Shown: one piece after another, positions 1 through 10,656 of the stretch
How the letters are laid out: each line of letters starts with the position of its first letter
Numbering within the stretch: position 1 is the stretch's first letter
From: an uncultured Lentisphaerales bacterium
GTDB lineage: Bacteria > Verrucomicrobiota > Lentisphaeria > JABSQK01 > UBA12247
Assembly: GCA_943788985.1 (NCBI GenBank)
Contig: CALSSJ010000018.1
Span: 1 to 64,000 of the forward strand
Reading direction: 5' to 3'
DNA: 64,000 bases
Notes under the pieces: model-generated
The model's database searches: none
The model's input: the letters and a program-made list of their open reading frames with translations, nothing else
What the model was told of the DNA's origin: nothing
Position numbers and translations under genes: made by a program

Positions 1-1545
1 CCACAGCTTGCCGCAGGTAGCAGTCACGTTCGGAGCTGGGGAGGCGCTTCAGGGCGAGCCTTAGCACCTTCAGAGCCGTGGCTCGGCGAGCGGCCTCGGG
101 ATCGGTCTTGCGCAGGAGTGCCAGACGTGCTGGGCTGCGGCTCAGCAGAAAGGCCAACAGCGGTAGCAGCAGCCAGACAGGCAGCAAGAACAGCAACCAG
201 GCGCGCGCCGTGGGCGCGCCAGCCAGCGTCTGCCGGGCGGAGATTATGCCACAGCCCCGCTTCGTTGCGTTCGCGGGCAGCTGCTGTTTTCGCCGGGGAT
301 CTCCAATGCATGTCGGTCACCATCAGGCAGCACCACGATCGAAATGGGCTCGCTGCCAATCTCCCGGTACTGCTGCTGGTCGGGATCAAAAATCGACAGC
401 GAAACCGCGGGCAGCTGCGTCACGGCAGTGCGCCGCGGCACAGCCAGGAAGCGCCAGACACGAGCCCCTTCAGAGATCCGGCCGTGGCCAATCTCTTCGG
501 GCACGATGAAGTCGGTTGCGAAGTCCGCAATTCTGGTCAGCGGTGGCAGCTGCAGCGCTTCTGGATGCGGATGGTTTGTAAGCGAGAGGATGACTTCCAC
601 CGGATCGCCTAAGGTCAGACGCTGCTCAGTCACGGAGAGGTCCAGTGCGCACGGGCCGAGGACGCCGCTGAAGCCCACCGGCCGTCCCTCACCTGGGACC
701 GGAGCGACCTTGAGCGATATTGGCGTACTGCGGGCACTGAGGCGGCTGTAATTTTTGGTTGGCATCGACCGCATGAAAAAAGTCATTGTCGAAGTAGCTG
801 GGATAGGCACCGGCTTGTTTATGACGGCCCTGGATATGCGAGCAGAGCAGGCGCACTGGGGGGATGGAGATCGTGCCGTGACGCAGCGGAATGAGTAGCC
901 GCCTTGAAGGTGATGGCTTGGAACGGCTTGTCGTCGAGGGTGCAGGCTCGCACCCGGGCAATGATGCGTTGGCCCTCCACGGGAAGGCCGATCGTGTTCT
1001 TGCCGGAGAGCCCGCGCTCCGACTCGGGAATCAGCCACCCGCCAGGCAGGATCGGAGAGGATTGGCGCCGAGATATACAAGGCCCGAATGTTGCCCAGTG
1101 GCAAGGCGCTGTACCAGGTGCAAGACAAAACCAGCGCCTGGCCAGCAAAGCACTCCGTGCGATCGACTGCCACTTCCAGCTTGAGCTCGTCGCTGCTGAT
1201 CGCAGAAAGCACGCGAATGGCTTCGGGCTCACTGATGTGCAACTCGGCCTCGATCCGGATTTGCACGACCGGCAGAGGCAGCACCCCATCGCGCGTGGGA
1301 ATGAGGCGATAGCGATACAAGAAAAAGCTTGCTCTCGCCCTGGCTGGCCATGGTCTCGCCGATGAACTGAATGAAGAAGTCCGCACTAGCCGAAACCTCG
1401 GGCGCTTCCGGCGGCTGTTTGGCCAACGCGGTGACGCGTAGCTCAAAGCCTTGCCCTTCATAGAAGGACTCAGCGGCCGCCGTGACCTGCAGGGGGGATT
1501 CTCGCTCGCTGCTCTTTCAGCGCGCAGGCTGAAGAGCAAGGTCAT
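1..1545 (-). CDS. batD: BatD-like protein (multiple frameshifts; runs off the left edge)
   Basis: Last gene of the MoxR/DUF58/vWA operon. Coherent segments hop between frames (YRYRLIPTRDGVLPLPVVQ; KNTIGLPVEGQRIIAR; LLIPLRHGTISIPPVRLLC; PISLKVAPVPGEGRPVGFSG...FDPDQQQYREIGSEPISIVV), followed by a C-terminal TM helix. Confidence 0.7.
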
Positions 1546-1588
1546 GAGTCAACAGAATTCGAGAAGTTATCACCAATTTTTCTCCACA

Positions 1589-3649
1589 TTACCACTCTGC
1601 GCTGCGTGTTTTTTTGGCGCGCTCCTGGCTATTCTCGCGTTCTGCGTCCAGCAAATCTTGGACTGAGTAATCGGGGGTAGGCAGGTCGCGGTTGACGTAG
1701 TCCGTGCGGCTGGCACCGCCGGTCATGGCCGCAGACTGTGAGCTGCTGCTGTCGCTGTCGCTCATCTCCCAATCTTCATAGTCCTCTTCGTCCCACTCGT
1801 TCGCCTTCCCCTTCGCTCTCACCTGACATCGATGAGTTGCCTTCGAGCGCGTCCAACGCTGCCTGCAGACGTGCTCTCTGGCCTTCTGCTGGGCGGCCAC
1901 AGCCGTATGCAGGGCGGCTGGCTGGGGCAGGTTCTCGTCGGCACTGCGCTGCTGCTGGTGGCCACTTTCCACCAGCTTGGCGGGCTCATCGAGCTCAGTG
2001 GGAACCGAGAGATCTTTTGGCAGGTTTTGTGAACTCCGCAACGCCTCGGCCAACTCGTCTCGCAGGCTGCTGAGATTGTCGCGGATAGGTTGGGTCAACG
2101 TGGTGGTGGCCTGCTGGCGGGCGGGGAAGTCTGCGGGGATGGGCGGCGGCGGGGTTACAGGCTTACGATTGCGGTTGCGTTGGGGCAGCAGGGTGTTGCC
2201 CTCGTGGGCTAATGCCGACTGTTGCTCGACGACGATGCGCAGCGCTTCGATGATGGCTGCGAGAGCTTTGTTGATTTGGTGCTGCCGCTCCTGCTCTTCC
2301 TCGTAGGCCTTGCGGGCACGATCGCAGCGCAGAACTAGGCCCTCCAGCAGTTGTTGGGCGGCTGGCTGGCGGGGAAGCAGCAGTAATACGCGAGAAATGG
2401 CGTCGAGCCCTTGCTGAGACCACTGTAGCTGCTCGAGCGCGGCGCCCGATGCATCACAGAGCTGGGCGCAGCACAGCGCCTGATGGTACAGGCAGGCTGC
2501 CAGCTGGAGGTCCGCCAGCTGAGCCGCAGCAAGCTGATCGAGCAGTTCGTGCGCTTCCATAAATTGCTCGTCGTTCAGGTGCTTTGTGGCTTCGCCAAAG
2601 CGCACCTCCCAATCCGAGGCAGGCTCCTCTGCGGCACAGAGGATGCTGGCGGCGAGCACCAGTGCTGGCTTGCGCAGGCCGCGAGGGAGGGAGAGCGGAA
2701 GCAACAGCAGCGCGGCCAGGCCGAGGAGGTAGGGATATAATTCACGATAGACGAGATCGCCAGCGACAGTAATGGGTTGTAGCGGGGCCTCGGCGATCCA
2801 CTCGCGATAGGTCGCTGCTAGATCCATATCGTTGCGAGTCGCGCGCAGGTAGCGCCCATCCGCAAAGTCCGAGGCGGTTGTTTGCAGGCCGCTCTCTTGC
2901 AGGCGAGTCCAGACGTCCTGGCCCTTCTCGGTGACATACTTTAGCGAGCCATCTTGTTGCACGAGCGGAATGCGGGCACCAATCGTGGTGTCGCCGTAGC
3001 CGAGCACGAGCAGGCGCACACCCTTCTCGGCCAGCGCTGCGGCTGCCGCGTCTACCTGGCTGCCTTGGTCTTCGCCGTCGGTCAGCAGGATGATGTCTTG
3101 GTAGCCGCGACGATCGTCGACGAGCAGGCGATCGCCAACCTTCTCGAAAACAGCCTGCAGGAAGGTGCTGCCCTGCGCGGACACTGCTGGGGCCCCGACG
3201 TGTTCTACGGCGAGATGCATGAAGTCGTGATCCACACTCAGCGGTGCCTTGACGGTCGCCGAGCCAGCAAAGACAATGAGCGCGACGCGGGCAGCTGGAT
3301 TGCGCGCTAAACAGGCACGAATGTCGGCCTTGGCCTTCTCGAGACGCGAGGGCTTGGCGTCTCTGGCCAACATGCTGCGCGAGACATCAAGGGCAAAGAT
3401 CAAGTCCCGTCCGCCTTGGCTGATACCGCGTGGCGTGGGGCTGAAGCCGGGGCGCGCCAGCCCAATAATCACGAGTGCGAGGGCCAGGAGTGTGGGCCAT
3501 AAGCGATGAGGGGAGGGGGCCGCAGCCCCGCCGAGCTTCTCTTGCACCTGGCTGCGCGAGCGTTGGGCCGCACGCAGATAGCGTTGCACCGGAATCAGCA
3601 GCAGCAAAAGAAACAGAGCCGCAGGAGATAGCAGGGTGAATTCGCTCAC
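1589..3649 (-). CDS. batB: BatB-like vWA domain protein with TPR/coiled-coil and acidic C-terminal extension
   Basis: N-terminal TM; MIDAS DVSRSM; KPSRLEKAK; ILLTDGEDQ; second TM; helical extension; acidic EWDEEDYEDW tail ending in ..EW. Confidence 0.8.
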   Translation of the reverse strand: MSEFTLLSPAALFLLLLLIPVQRYLRAAQRSRSQVQEKLGGAAAPSPHRLWPTLLALALVIIGLARPGFSPTPRGISQGGRDLIFALDVSRSMLARDAKPSRLEKAKADIRACLARNPAARVALIVFAGSATVKAPLSVDHDFMHLAVEHVGAPAVSAQGSTFLQAVFEKVGDRLLVDDRRGYQDIILLTDGEDQGSQVDAAAAALAEKGVRLLVLGYGDTTIGARIPLVQQDGSLKYVTEKGQDVWTRLQESGLQTTASDFADGRYLRATRNDMDLAATYREWIAEAPLQPITVAGDLVYRELYPYLLGLAALLLLPLSLPRGLRKPALVLAASILCAAEEPASDWEVRFGEATKHLNDEQFMEAHELLDQLAAAQLADLQLAACLYHQALCCAQLCDASGAALEQLQWSQQGLDAISRVLLLLPRQPAAQQLLEGLVLRCDRARKAYEEEQERQHQINKALAAIIEALRIVVEQQSALAHEGNTLLPQRNRNRKPVTPPPPIPADFPARQQATTTLTQPIRDNLSSLRDELAEALRSSQNLPKDLSVPTELDEPAKLVESGHQQQRSADENLPQPAALHTAVAAQQKAREHVCRQRWTRSKATHRCQVRAKGKANEWDEEDYEDWEMSDSDSSSSQSAAMTGGASRTDYVNRDLPTPDYSVQDLLDAERENSQERAKKTRSAEW

Positions 3650-4692
3650 GGGGCCTTCCTCAATACGGTGGCGCTCAGTGCTGATTCGCCGCAGACGGCT
3701 AGCAGTGCGAACAGCGCAAACGGCCAGAACAGTGGATCGAAGCTGCTATACCCAGCGGTGCTGATCTCGCTTTTCTCAAGCGCGTCAATCTCGGTATAGA
3801 CGGCTTCAAGCGCGTCAAGGCTGTCGACTGAGCGAAAGATGCCGCCGGTTTCGCTGGCCATGCGAGTCAGAATCTGCTCTGCTTCCGAGGGGCCTTCTTC
3901 GACGGTGAAGGTGGCATCACCGTGCTTCACTTTCTCGGAAAACTGGGCGCCAGCGAGGCTGATCACGTAAATCCGAATGCCCCAGTCACGGGCCAGGGCT
4001 GTGGCCTCGAGCGGGAGATGTCGGCCGCAGTTGTTCTCACCGTCGGTGAGCAGGACAATGACGCGGCTTTCAACGTTGGCCCCTGGGGCACCGGTAGCTG
4101 CGATCTGGTCAAGGTGCTTCAACCGGGCGGCGGCGAGTGCAACCGCGTCGCCATAGGCGGTGCCATCCTCGTTCGGGCGGTCTTCAATCTCGAGATGGTG
4201 GACGATATCCACCAAAGCATCATGTGCCGGTGTCAGCGGGCAGGCGGTGTCAGCGTAGCGGGCAAAGGTAATCAAGCCCAGCAGATCTTCGGGGCGGCCG
4301 CTAAGGTCTTCGGCATCGCCGGAGATAAACTTGGCAAGCACTTGCTTAACGGCCTCGAACCGGGTGAGCGACTGGTCCTTGCCGCTGGCCATGGTCATGT
4401 CCATGCTGCTGGAAATATCTACCAGCAGCTCGATGGCGATGCCCTGGCGAGTGCGTTGCTCGCGAGTGGTGGCCAGCTGGGGGCCGGCAGAGGCAACGAG
4501 GAGTGCGAGCACGGCGAGCGCCCGCAGCAGCTCAGGGAATTGTCGCCAACGAAGTCGCAGGCTCTTGCTGAAATCCTGGAGGAGGTCCAGCGAAGAAAAA
4601 GCCACAGCGGGCTCGTTGCGCCGCCAGCAAAAGAGTAGGATCGCGATTCCGACTGGAATCGTCCAAAGCATTGCTGGATGCAGGAAATTCAC
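3646..4692 (-). CDS. batA: BatA-like vWA domain protein
   Basis: MNFLHP N-terminus, DISSSM MIDAS, GTAYGDAV, VLLTDGENN, C-terminal TM. Confidence 0.9.
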   Translation of the reverse strand: MNFLHPAMLWTIPVGIAILLFCWRRNEPAVAFSSLDLLQDFSKSLRLRWRQFPELLRALAVLALLVASAGPQLATTREQRTRQGIAIELLVDISSSMDMTMASGKDQSLTRFEAVKQVLAKFISGDAEDLSGRPEDLLGLITFARYADTACPLTPAHDALVDIVHHLEIEDRPNEDGTAYGDAVALAAARLKHLDQIAATGAPGANVESRVIVLLTDGENNCGRHLPLEATALARDWGIRIYVISLAGAQFSEKVKHGDATFTVEEGPSEAEQILTRMASETGGIFRSVDSLDALEAVYTEIDALEKSEISTAGYSSFDPLFWPFALFALLAVCGESALSATVLRKAP

Positions 4693-5159
4693 CGCGCGAA
4701 CTCCGCAAAATCCGCCAGTGCTGGGGGCAAGACGAGCGCCTCGGCTTCGGAGACAACTGAGGTCACCGTAAGGGGAGGGAGGGGCAATTCAGTGACGTCC
4801 GCGCGGACAAGGCCAGTGAGGTTCTGCTGTGCGCCTAGGGCTTGGACGGTCCAGCGAAAGTCGCGCTGGATCCACTCGCCATCCAGACTGGCTGGCAAAG
4901 AGCACGAGGAAATGATGGCCATTCCCGGCAGGCTCAAGGCTACTTCCGGGGTTGCGGAGTTCGCAAGCGAACGCACTGAGGCTTCGACCCGAAAGCTGTC
5001 GCCAGGCTGCAGTTCTAGGTGCTCGCAGCGCACGGTCACAGCCAGAGAATCGTTCTCCACCTGCCGGGAATCGGACCAGCTAATCGCGGGCTCTGGCTGG
5101 CTGCAGCCGCAGGCAATACTGAGTAGAAGAATGGGGAGCAAATCAGCCGCCAGTTTCAT
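4689..5159 (-). CDS. Small lipoprotein of the Bat operon
   Basis: MKLAADLLPILLLSIACGC lipoprotein-like signal; overlaps both DUF58 and batA. Confidence 0.6.
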   Translation of the reverse strand: MKLAADLLPILLLSIACGCSQPEPAISWSDSRQVENDSLAVTVRCEHLELQPGDSFRVEASVRSLANSATPEVALSLPGMAIISSCSLPASLDGEWIQRDFRWTVQALGAQQNLTGLVRADVTELPLPPLTVTSVVSEAEALVLPPALADFAEFAR

Positions 5160-6033
5160 CTGCGACCCTCCGGTGCCGTTCCTGAAAATAGGAAACCAGG
5201 GCTGCGACACAGTCGCTGTCGGAGGTCAGTGGAATGTGCCCGATGTTCGCGGCAGCACACGTTTCTGCCAATTCTCGGGCGCGCGCCTGAGCCATGTCTT
5301 GGTAGCGCTGGCGCGCGGACTCGTTGCCGAGGTCCACCCACTGCTGACGGCCGTTTTCCATATCTTGGCAATGCACCATGCCGAGCACGGGAAGTTCTTG
5401 CTCCAGCACATGCTGCACACAGACGGCGGTAAGGTCGTGGCGTTGCGCGAGGATCTGCAGCGACTGCTCGTAACCCTCTGCCAAAAAGTCTGAGATGACG
5501 AAAAACACGCTGCGCTTGCGCACGACTTCGCCAGCAAATTCGAGGGCAACGCGCAGGTCCGTACCCTGGCCCTTTGGCTGGGTTTCGAGCAGGTCACTGA
5601 CGATCCGCATCACATGGTTGCGACCGCGCGCAGGCGGCACGTAGTGCTCGACTCGGTCCGAAAACAGAATCAGCCCGACGCGGTTTTTGCTGTGGGCTGC
5701 AGACCAGGCCATGAGCGCGCAGAGCTCGCGGGCGGCATCCACTTTGGCGCGCTCCTGGCCACCGAATGAGGTGGAGGCGGAGATGTCCAACATGATGATG
5801 AAGGCTTGCTCGCGCTCTTCGATGTAGCGCTTGATATGCGGTGTGCCCGTACGAGCGGTAACTTTCCAGTCGATCGCCCGCACATCGTCGCCATAGGTAT
5901 ACTCGCGAACATCATCAAACTCGATGCCGTTTCCCTTGAAAATGCTGCGGTACTCTCCGGCGAGCAGATGGCTGACCGGACGCTTACAGCGCAGTTGAAG
6001 CCGGCGCAGGCGCTGTTCGAGAAGATCATTCAT
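5143..6033 (-). CDS. DUF58 domain protein
   Basis: GEYRSIFKGNGIEFDDVREYTYGDDVRAIDWKVTAR signature; DISAS motif; directly after moxR. Confidence 0.95.
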   Translation of the reverse strand: MNDLLEQRLRRLQLRCKRPVSHLLAGEYRSIFKGNGIEFDDVREYTYGDDVRAIDWKVTARTGTPHIKRYIEEREQAFIIMLDISASTSFGGQERAKVDAARELCALMAWSAAHSKNRVGLILFSDRVEHYVPPARGRNHVMRIVSDLLETQPKGQGTDLRVALEFAGEVVRKRSVFFVISDFLAEGYEQSLQILAQRHDLTAVCVQHVLEQELPVLGMVHCQDMENGRQQWVDLGNESARQRYQDMAQARARELAETCAAANIGHIPLTSDSDCVAALVSYFQERHRRVADETGG

Positions 6034-6054
6034 GCAGGCAAAGTTGGCTCTTGG

Positions 6055-7032
6055 TCATTTGCTGTCGATTTCCACCGCGGCGAGGATCTGCTCTACGAGT
6101 TTGACGCTGGTCATGCCCGCGGCTTCCGCTCGATAGTTGATAGCGATTCGATGTCGCAGAATATCGACGGCCACGTCTTTGACGTCCTCGGGGATGATGA
6201 AGTCTCGCTGGTTGAGGCAGGCGCGGGCGCGGGCGCCCTTCAATAAATAAATGGTGGCGCGAGGCGAGGCACCATAGCGAATGTAGCCGGCGAGATCCAG
6301 GCCTGCGTTGGCCGGATGCCGTGTGGCATCGACGAGACGCAGGATGTAGGACTCGATTTTTTGATCGCAGCGCACGTTGTCGAGCAGCTTGCGCATTTGC
6401 ACGATCTGGTTCAGGCCGATGACCGGTTCCACGTCGAGAACCGGGGCAGAAGCGGCCATGCGGCGCATGATCTCCTGCTCCTCAGCTATGGTCGGGTAGG
6501 TGACGAGCAGCTTGAACATGAAGCGATCAATCTGCGCTTCCGGCAGCTCGTAGGTCCCTTCCTGCTCGATCGGATTCTGGGTGGCCATGACGAGGAACGG
6601 GCGTGGCAGGTCGTGGGATTCTTTGCCCAACGTGACTTGGCCCTCCTGCATGGCTTCGAGCAACGCGCTTTGGACTTTTGCGGGGGCGCGGTTGATCTCA
6701 TCCGCCAGCACAACGTTGGCGAAGATGGGCCCTTTCTCGGTGCGAAACGTGCCTTCGGTCGGCTGGTAAAGCAGTGTCCCGAGCAGGTCTCCGGGAAGTA
6801 GGTCAGGAGTGAACTGGACGCGACTGAAATCCGCGTTGAGCGCTTGAGCTAGGACTTTCACCGTGAGTGTTTTTGCGATCCCGGGGATTCCCTCAATCAG
6901 CACATGGCCATTGCAAATCAGAGCCATGAGCAGCCGATCCACCAACTCCTGCTGGCCGACGACGACCGAACCTACGCGTTCTCGTACGGAGTCCAGCAGT
7001 GCTGCCGCCTCTCTCATATCTATCTCAGCCAA
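6055..7032 (-). CDS. moxR: MoxR family AAA+ ATPase
   Basis: Walker A GIPGIAKT, RVQFTPDLLPGD, Walker B VLADEINRAPAKVQSALLEAM, ATQNPIEQEGTY; AGGAGG RBS upstream of the TTG start. Confidence 0.97.
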   Translation of the reverse strand: MAEIDMREAAALLDSVRERVGSVVVGQQELVDRLLMALICNGHVLIEGIPGIAKTLTVKVLAQALNADFSRVQFTPDLLPGDLLGTLLYQPTEGTFRTEKGPIFANVVLADEINRAPAKVQSALLEAMQEGQVTLGKESHDLPRPFLVMATQNPIEQEGTYELPEAQIDRFMFKLLVTYPTIAEEQEIMRRMAASAPVLDVEPVIGLNQIVQMRKLLDNVRCDQKIESYILRLVDATRHPANAGLDLAGYIRYGASPRATIYLLKGARARACLNQRDFIIPEDVKDVAVDILRHRIAINYRAEAAGMTSVKLVEQILAAVEIDSK

Positions 7033-7483
7033 CTCAAATCCTCCTAGCCCATCTCTCGCAACGCGACCTCATACACAACAGCCCCTTACTACAAGTGCGA
7101 CCCGTGTATGTAACCGCATCGGAGGGACTGTTGTCTGGCCGGGGTGTTAGCCCCTAGTTTCATCTACTTAAGGGAAGCGAAAGGTCATTCTTGCTAGTAG
7201 CCCGAAACCCGCTTTACATGGTTCGTCAGGAGTGCGGAATAGAAGGTCTATGACCAGCCAGCCCAATGCCCCCTTTTTCACGGCTCTCGCTCTGCATACA
7301 GCTGGACCTGCGCGAGCTCATGCCACATGCATGACAGAATGGCTGCTGGCCAATTTCACGGTGCTTGCAATTGCAAATAGTCAATATCCGATCTAGCGTT
7401 CCGAGTCTGTACCCGGAAACAACCGGTAGGGCGAGCGACGCTGTCATGTTACCAGCTGGGTCAACTCCTTGGCTTCGCTTCTA

Positions 7484-7542
7484 GTCGAACCATCCGCATG
7501 CTCCGAACTTCGCTCCGCTCGTCGGAGATGCGGGTGTTGAAC
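7484..7542 (+). repeat. attC-like integron recombination site (isolated)
   Basis: GTCGAAC-CATCCG-CAT[G]CTCC...GGAGATG-CGGGT-GTTGAAC: R''/L''/L'/R' layout with one bulged base. A TAG abuts R'' and an ATG follows R' after ~9 nt. Confidence 0.65.
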
Positions 7543-8022
7543 CAGCCCATCGATGAAAGCCAACAATCAATGATTTTGCGTAAACGACGTTGCGACCCGG
7601 AACGCGATCAAAGGCGACCGTGAAATGGGATGTCGAGCTGCCGGGGGATACCTGAAGGGAACGCAGCCGCCGACCAAGATGGAACGAGGACACGCAAACT
7701 ACCGCAGGCAGAGCCCGACCAATTGGTTCCTCGAAACCTGAAAAGGACAACGATGAAGCGTTTTAAACCTAACGGAGTCGCGCATCGAAGCTTTTTGTCG
7801 CGAGGGGTACTTCCTTGCACGAAACCTGATCAGACGGGAGACGGTGGATGCATTAAATGAGTGCTACGCCGAGGAATTCGCGCATCAAGTAGGCTCGCAC
7901 CGGCGTGGCCTCAAGTTTACGGGGGAAGGCCAGGTCGTGCTGAACGTCCCACGGATAATCCGGAGTTTCGAGCAGCTCACTCCTAACAGCCTGTGGAGAG
8001 AGTCAGGGATTATCGGCTGGGA

Positions 8023-9024
8023 TCAAGTCCGCGCTGCGGTCGTGCCCCGGGGAATCAGCCGGGCGGGGAGTCGAATCGTCTCCGGGGAGGTGCGCGTGGA
8101 CTCGGCGATTCGCTTGAGGTAAAGCTCGGCGACTCGGCGACCAATCTCATCCTGCTGTTGATCAAACGTCGTCAGCGTGGTGTTGGAGGGGAGATTGCCG
8201 CAGCCGATGATCGAGAAGTCGCGCGGCGCTTGCAGTCCAATTTTCTCAGCCTCTGCGAGGCATTTTTTTGCTTTTCCATCACTGTAGCAGAACACACCGG
8301 TTGGGCTGTCATCCTGGCTCAGGACTTGGGGAATCTCTTGACTGCTCACTGCACGGCAACTGGCGTCTGGGGTCTGACTGATGACATTGCGGAAGCCTTG
8401 TCCCCGTAAGGCCGAGGTGCTGCACGCTGAGTTGGCGCCGACGAAGAGGAGGTGGCGGTGGCCAAGCTCGAGAAGATAGCGCGCGGCAGCTTCGCCTAGG
8501 GCGATGTCATCCGTCCCGACAAAATCGGTTTTAAACAGAGACATTTCGCGGTCTATGACAATGAGTGGCACGCCGCGTTGCCAGATTTCTTGATAGTAGC
8601 TGTGCTCGAATTCCTCGCAGCTTGGGCGCAGGATCACGCCGTCTACAGCTCGCTCTATCATCTGGTGAACGATCTGCTGCTCGGTAGGATCATCCGCAGC
8701 GGTGATGGCTGCAGGATTCCAGGTATGGATCATCACGTGGCCTTGCGCAAAGAGCATGGCGTTCAACGTGTTCAGCATAGGGCAGTAGTATGCGGTCGCG
8801 GGTATCATCACTCCGGCCATTTTACTACGGCCGGTGAAGATGCTGCGAGCGGCGGCGTTGGGCCGGTAGTTCAGCTGCCGCGCTGTATCCTGCACGCGCT
8901 TGACTGTGGCGGCAGCGAACTTATCGGTCTCGCCAGAGAGGACGCGGGAGACGCTGCCAAGGCTGACGTGGGCTTCACGCGCTACATCACGCATGCTCGC
9001 TCTAGGGGCAGTCCGCTTCGTCAT
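8023..9024 (-). CDS. LacI family transcriptional regulator
   Basis: SMRDVAREAHVSLGSVSRVLS helix-turn-helix, LNYRPNAAARS hinge, periplasmic-binding-protein-like sensor domain. Confidence 0.95.
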   Translation of the reverse strand: MTKRTAPRASMRDVAREAHVSLGSVSRVLSGETDKFAAATVKRVQDTARQLNYRPNAAARSIFTGRSKMAGVMIPATAYYCPMLNTLNAMLFAQGHVMIHTWNPAAITAADDPTEQQIVHQMIERAVDGVILRPSCEEFEHSYYQEIWQRGVPLIVIDREMSLFKTDFVGTDDIALGEAAARYLLELGHRHLLFVGANSACSTSALRGQGFRNVISQTPDASCRAVSSQEIPQVLSQDDSPTGVFCYSDGKAKKCLAEAEKIGLQAPRDFSIIGCGNLPSNTTLTTFDQQQDEIGRRVAELYLKRIAESTRTSPETIRLPARLIPRGTTAART

Positions 9025-9535
9025 AAGGCTGAATCTTAGTTCGTAGGAAAGGGTATTGCGGAAGAGTTGGACAATATAGCCGACGCTTCGGGTACGCACA
9101 ATGCTTTTGTCGGGCCACGGGACGCTTAGCGCAGGCTCTGCCCCCATCTCAAGGTTGTCTCGGCCCGTTGGGCCTGCCTGATTCTTCGAAAGTCACTGTA
9201 ATCGCTCCGTAAACCAGGCTTGAGTCCGACTGTGAAGTCTGGCGATATTGACGCGGCTGGTATGATCGCGTCGACCGGATTTTTCCATCACCAGCAATCG
9301 CATCGGCATTTCGTGATGGGGGCATGATATCTGGGCGATCAAGGTAGGGGCCGGATTGGGAAAGTAGGCAACGCCTCCCGGCGCGGAATCGTCTTGAGTG
9401 AAACTGTTGTAGCTGGAGCTTCGTGGCCTACGATTGTACGATGACGCGGCCTCGTAGCCCATGTGAGGACGGCTGCCTGCGTCAGAAGGTACACAGATTT
9501 CCTACATTCAGGTGTAACTTATTTTGAGAATCTAG

Positions 9536-10477
9536 ATGAGATATTCTGTCCTAATGACCACAATCACCGCATGTGCCTGCTCTAACTTGCTGGCTGTACC
9601 AGTAACTGTTGCCTCTTCAAATGGCCTTGTGGCGGCACTTTCGCGGTCAGCGCTGGATCTCTTTGCTCTACAATCCGGGATGGGGGCGCCTGATCGTGGA
9701 CGCGTCCAAAGTCGAGGTCTTCGCGGAAGCTCCGTTCCAGAATGGCGAGCATTCAGTCAGCAAAGCTGAATCAAGCCCGGCATAGGCCCGTGGGATTGGC
9801 GCGGTCGTACGTATGCCAACGGTGATTTTTACTACGGTATCGACACCCGCAGTTATCTGCGCCAGATCGACTTGTGTGGCGCGTAGGGCCTTGAGTAATT
9901 GACGATTGACGATCATTGGTTCAAGAAGGCTACGCCGGAAGGCCTGGTTCAAGCAGCGGAGGTAGACCTTGAGAAAGTCATGGCCGACGCCGAGGACGAG
10001 TACGTCAGGATCATGCTCTACCACGATCGCAAGAAGGGCGATGTGCCCAACGAAGAAGTTTTCAACCTCTACTCGGCGCTGGGAGCCAGCGGAATGAAGT
10101 ACGGCTTTCACGGCAATCAAGCCGGCTTCACCCGCGACGCAATGAAAAACGCAGCGAAGCACAAGGTGGTCATCAACTTCCACGATAGCCCCTGCCCGAT
10201 GCATCCCGAAGAATACCCAAATAAAACCGACCTTTTTGCGATTCTCAAGGCAATGCCCGGGACTTGGGACGAAGGCCGAGTCTCGAATGTAACCATCGGC
10301 GAATCCATCACGGTCGCCCGCCGGAGCGGCGTGGCTTGGTTCGTTGGCTCGGTCAACGAACAGAACGCCCGCACGCTGCTGGTTACGCTAGATTTCCTCG
10401 CTGCCGACATTCGCATGGGCTCGAGAAACCCGAGACGTAGGTCGTCAGTACCCGGATTGTCAAGAGCGGTGATGTGA
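9536..10477 (+). pseudogene. GH97 glycoside hydrolase remnant (fragmented, internally deleted)
   Basis: GMKYGF, AAKHKVVINFHD and MPGTWDE...IGESITVARRSG.AWFVGSVNE...LDFL segments of GH97; the middle is missing and the N-terminus is broken. Confidence 0.65.
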
Positions 10478-10656
10478 TTCAGGCCAAGATGGCGATCGGT
10501 AGCGGCCATGCCATGATGCTTTTCCTCGTCGCAGGACAGAGAAGTTAGCTGAGGTAAGGAGCGGCTAACCAAGGAATGGCCCGACGAAGATGTTGTATTT
10601 CGGACCGCGAGATTTATGATTCCCGGCACGTTCTTCCGATAACCAGATAAGCTGCT

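Noticed and set aside
7074..7135. Hairpin ACAACAGCCCCT...AGGGACTGTTGT upstream of moxR as an attC site
   Set aside because: It lacks the unpaired spacer and bulged L-box geometry of the other sites, and no function can be assigned.
7515..7550. tRNA/tmRNA 3' end on the minus strand (GGTTCAACACCCGCATCTCC)
   Set aside because: The T-stem does not pair, and there is no CCA end or matching 5' acceptor strand; the sequence is better explained as the arm of an attC-like hairpin.
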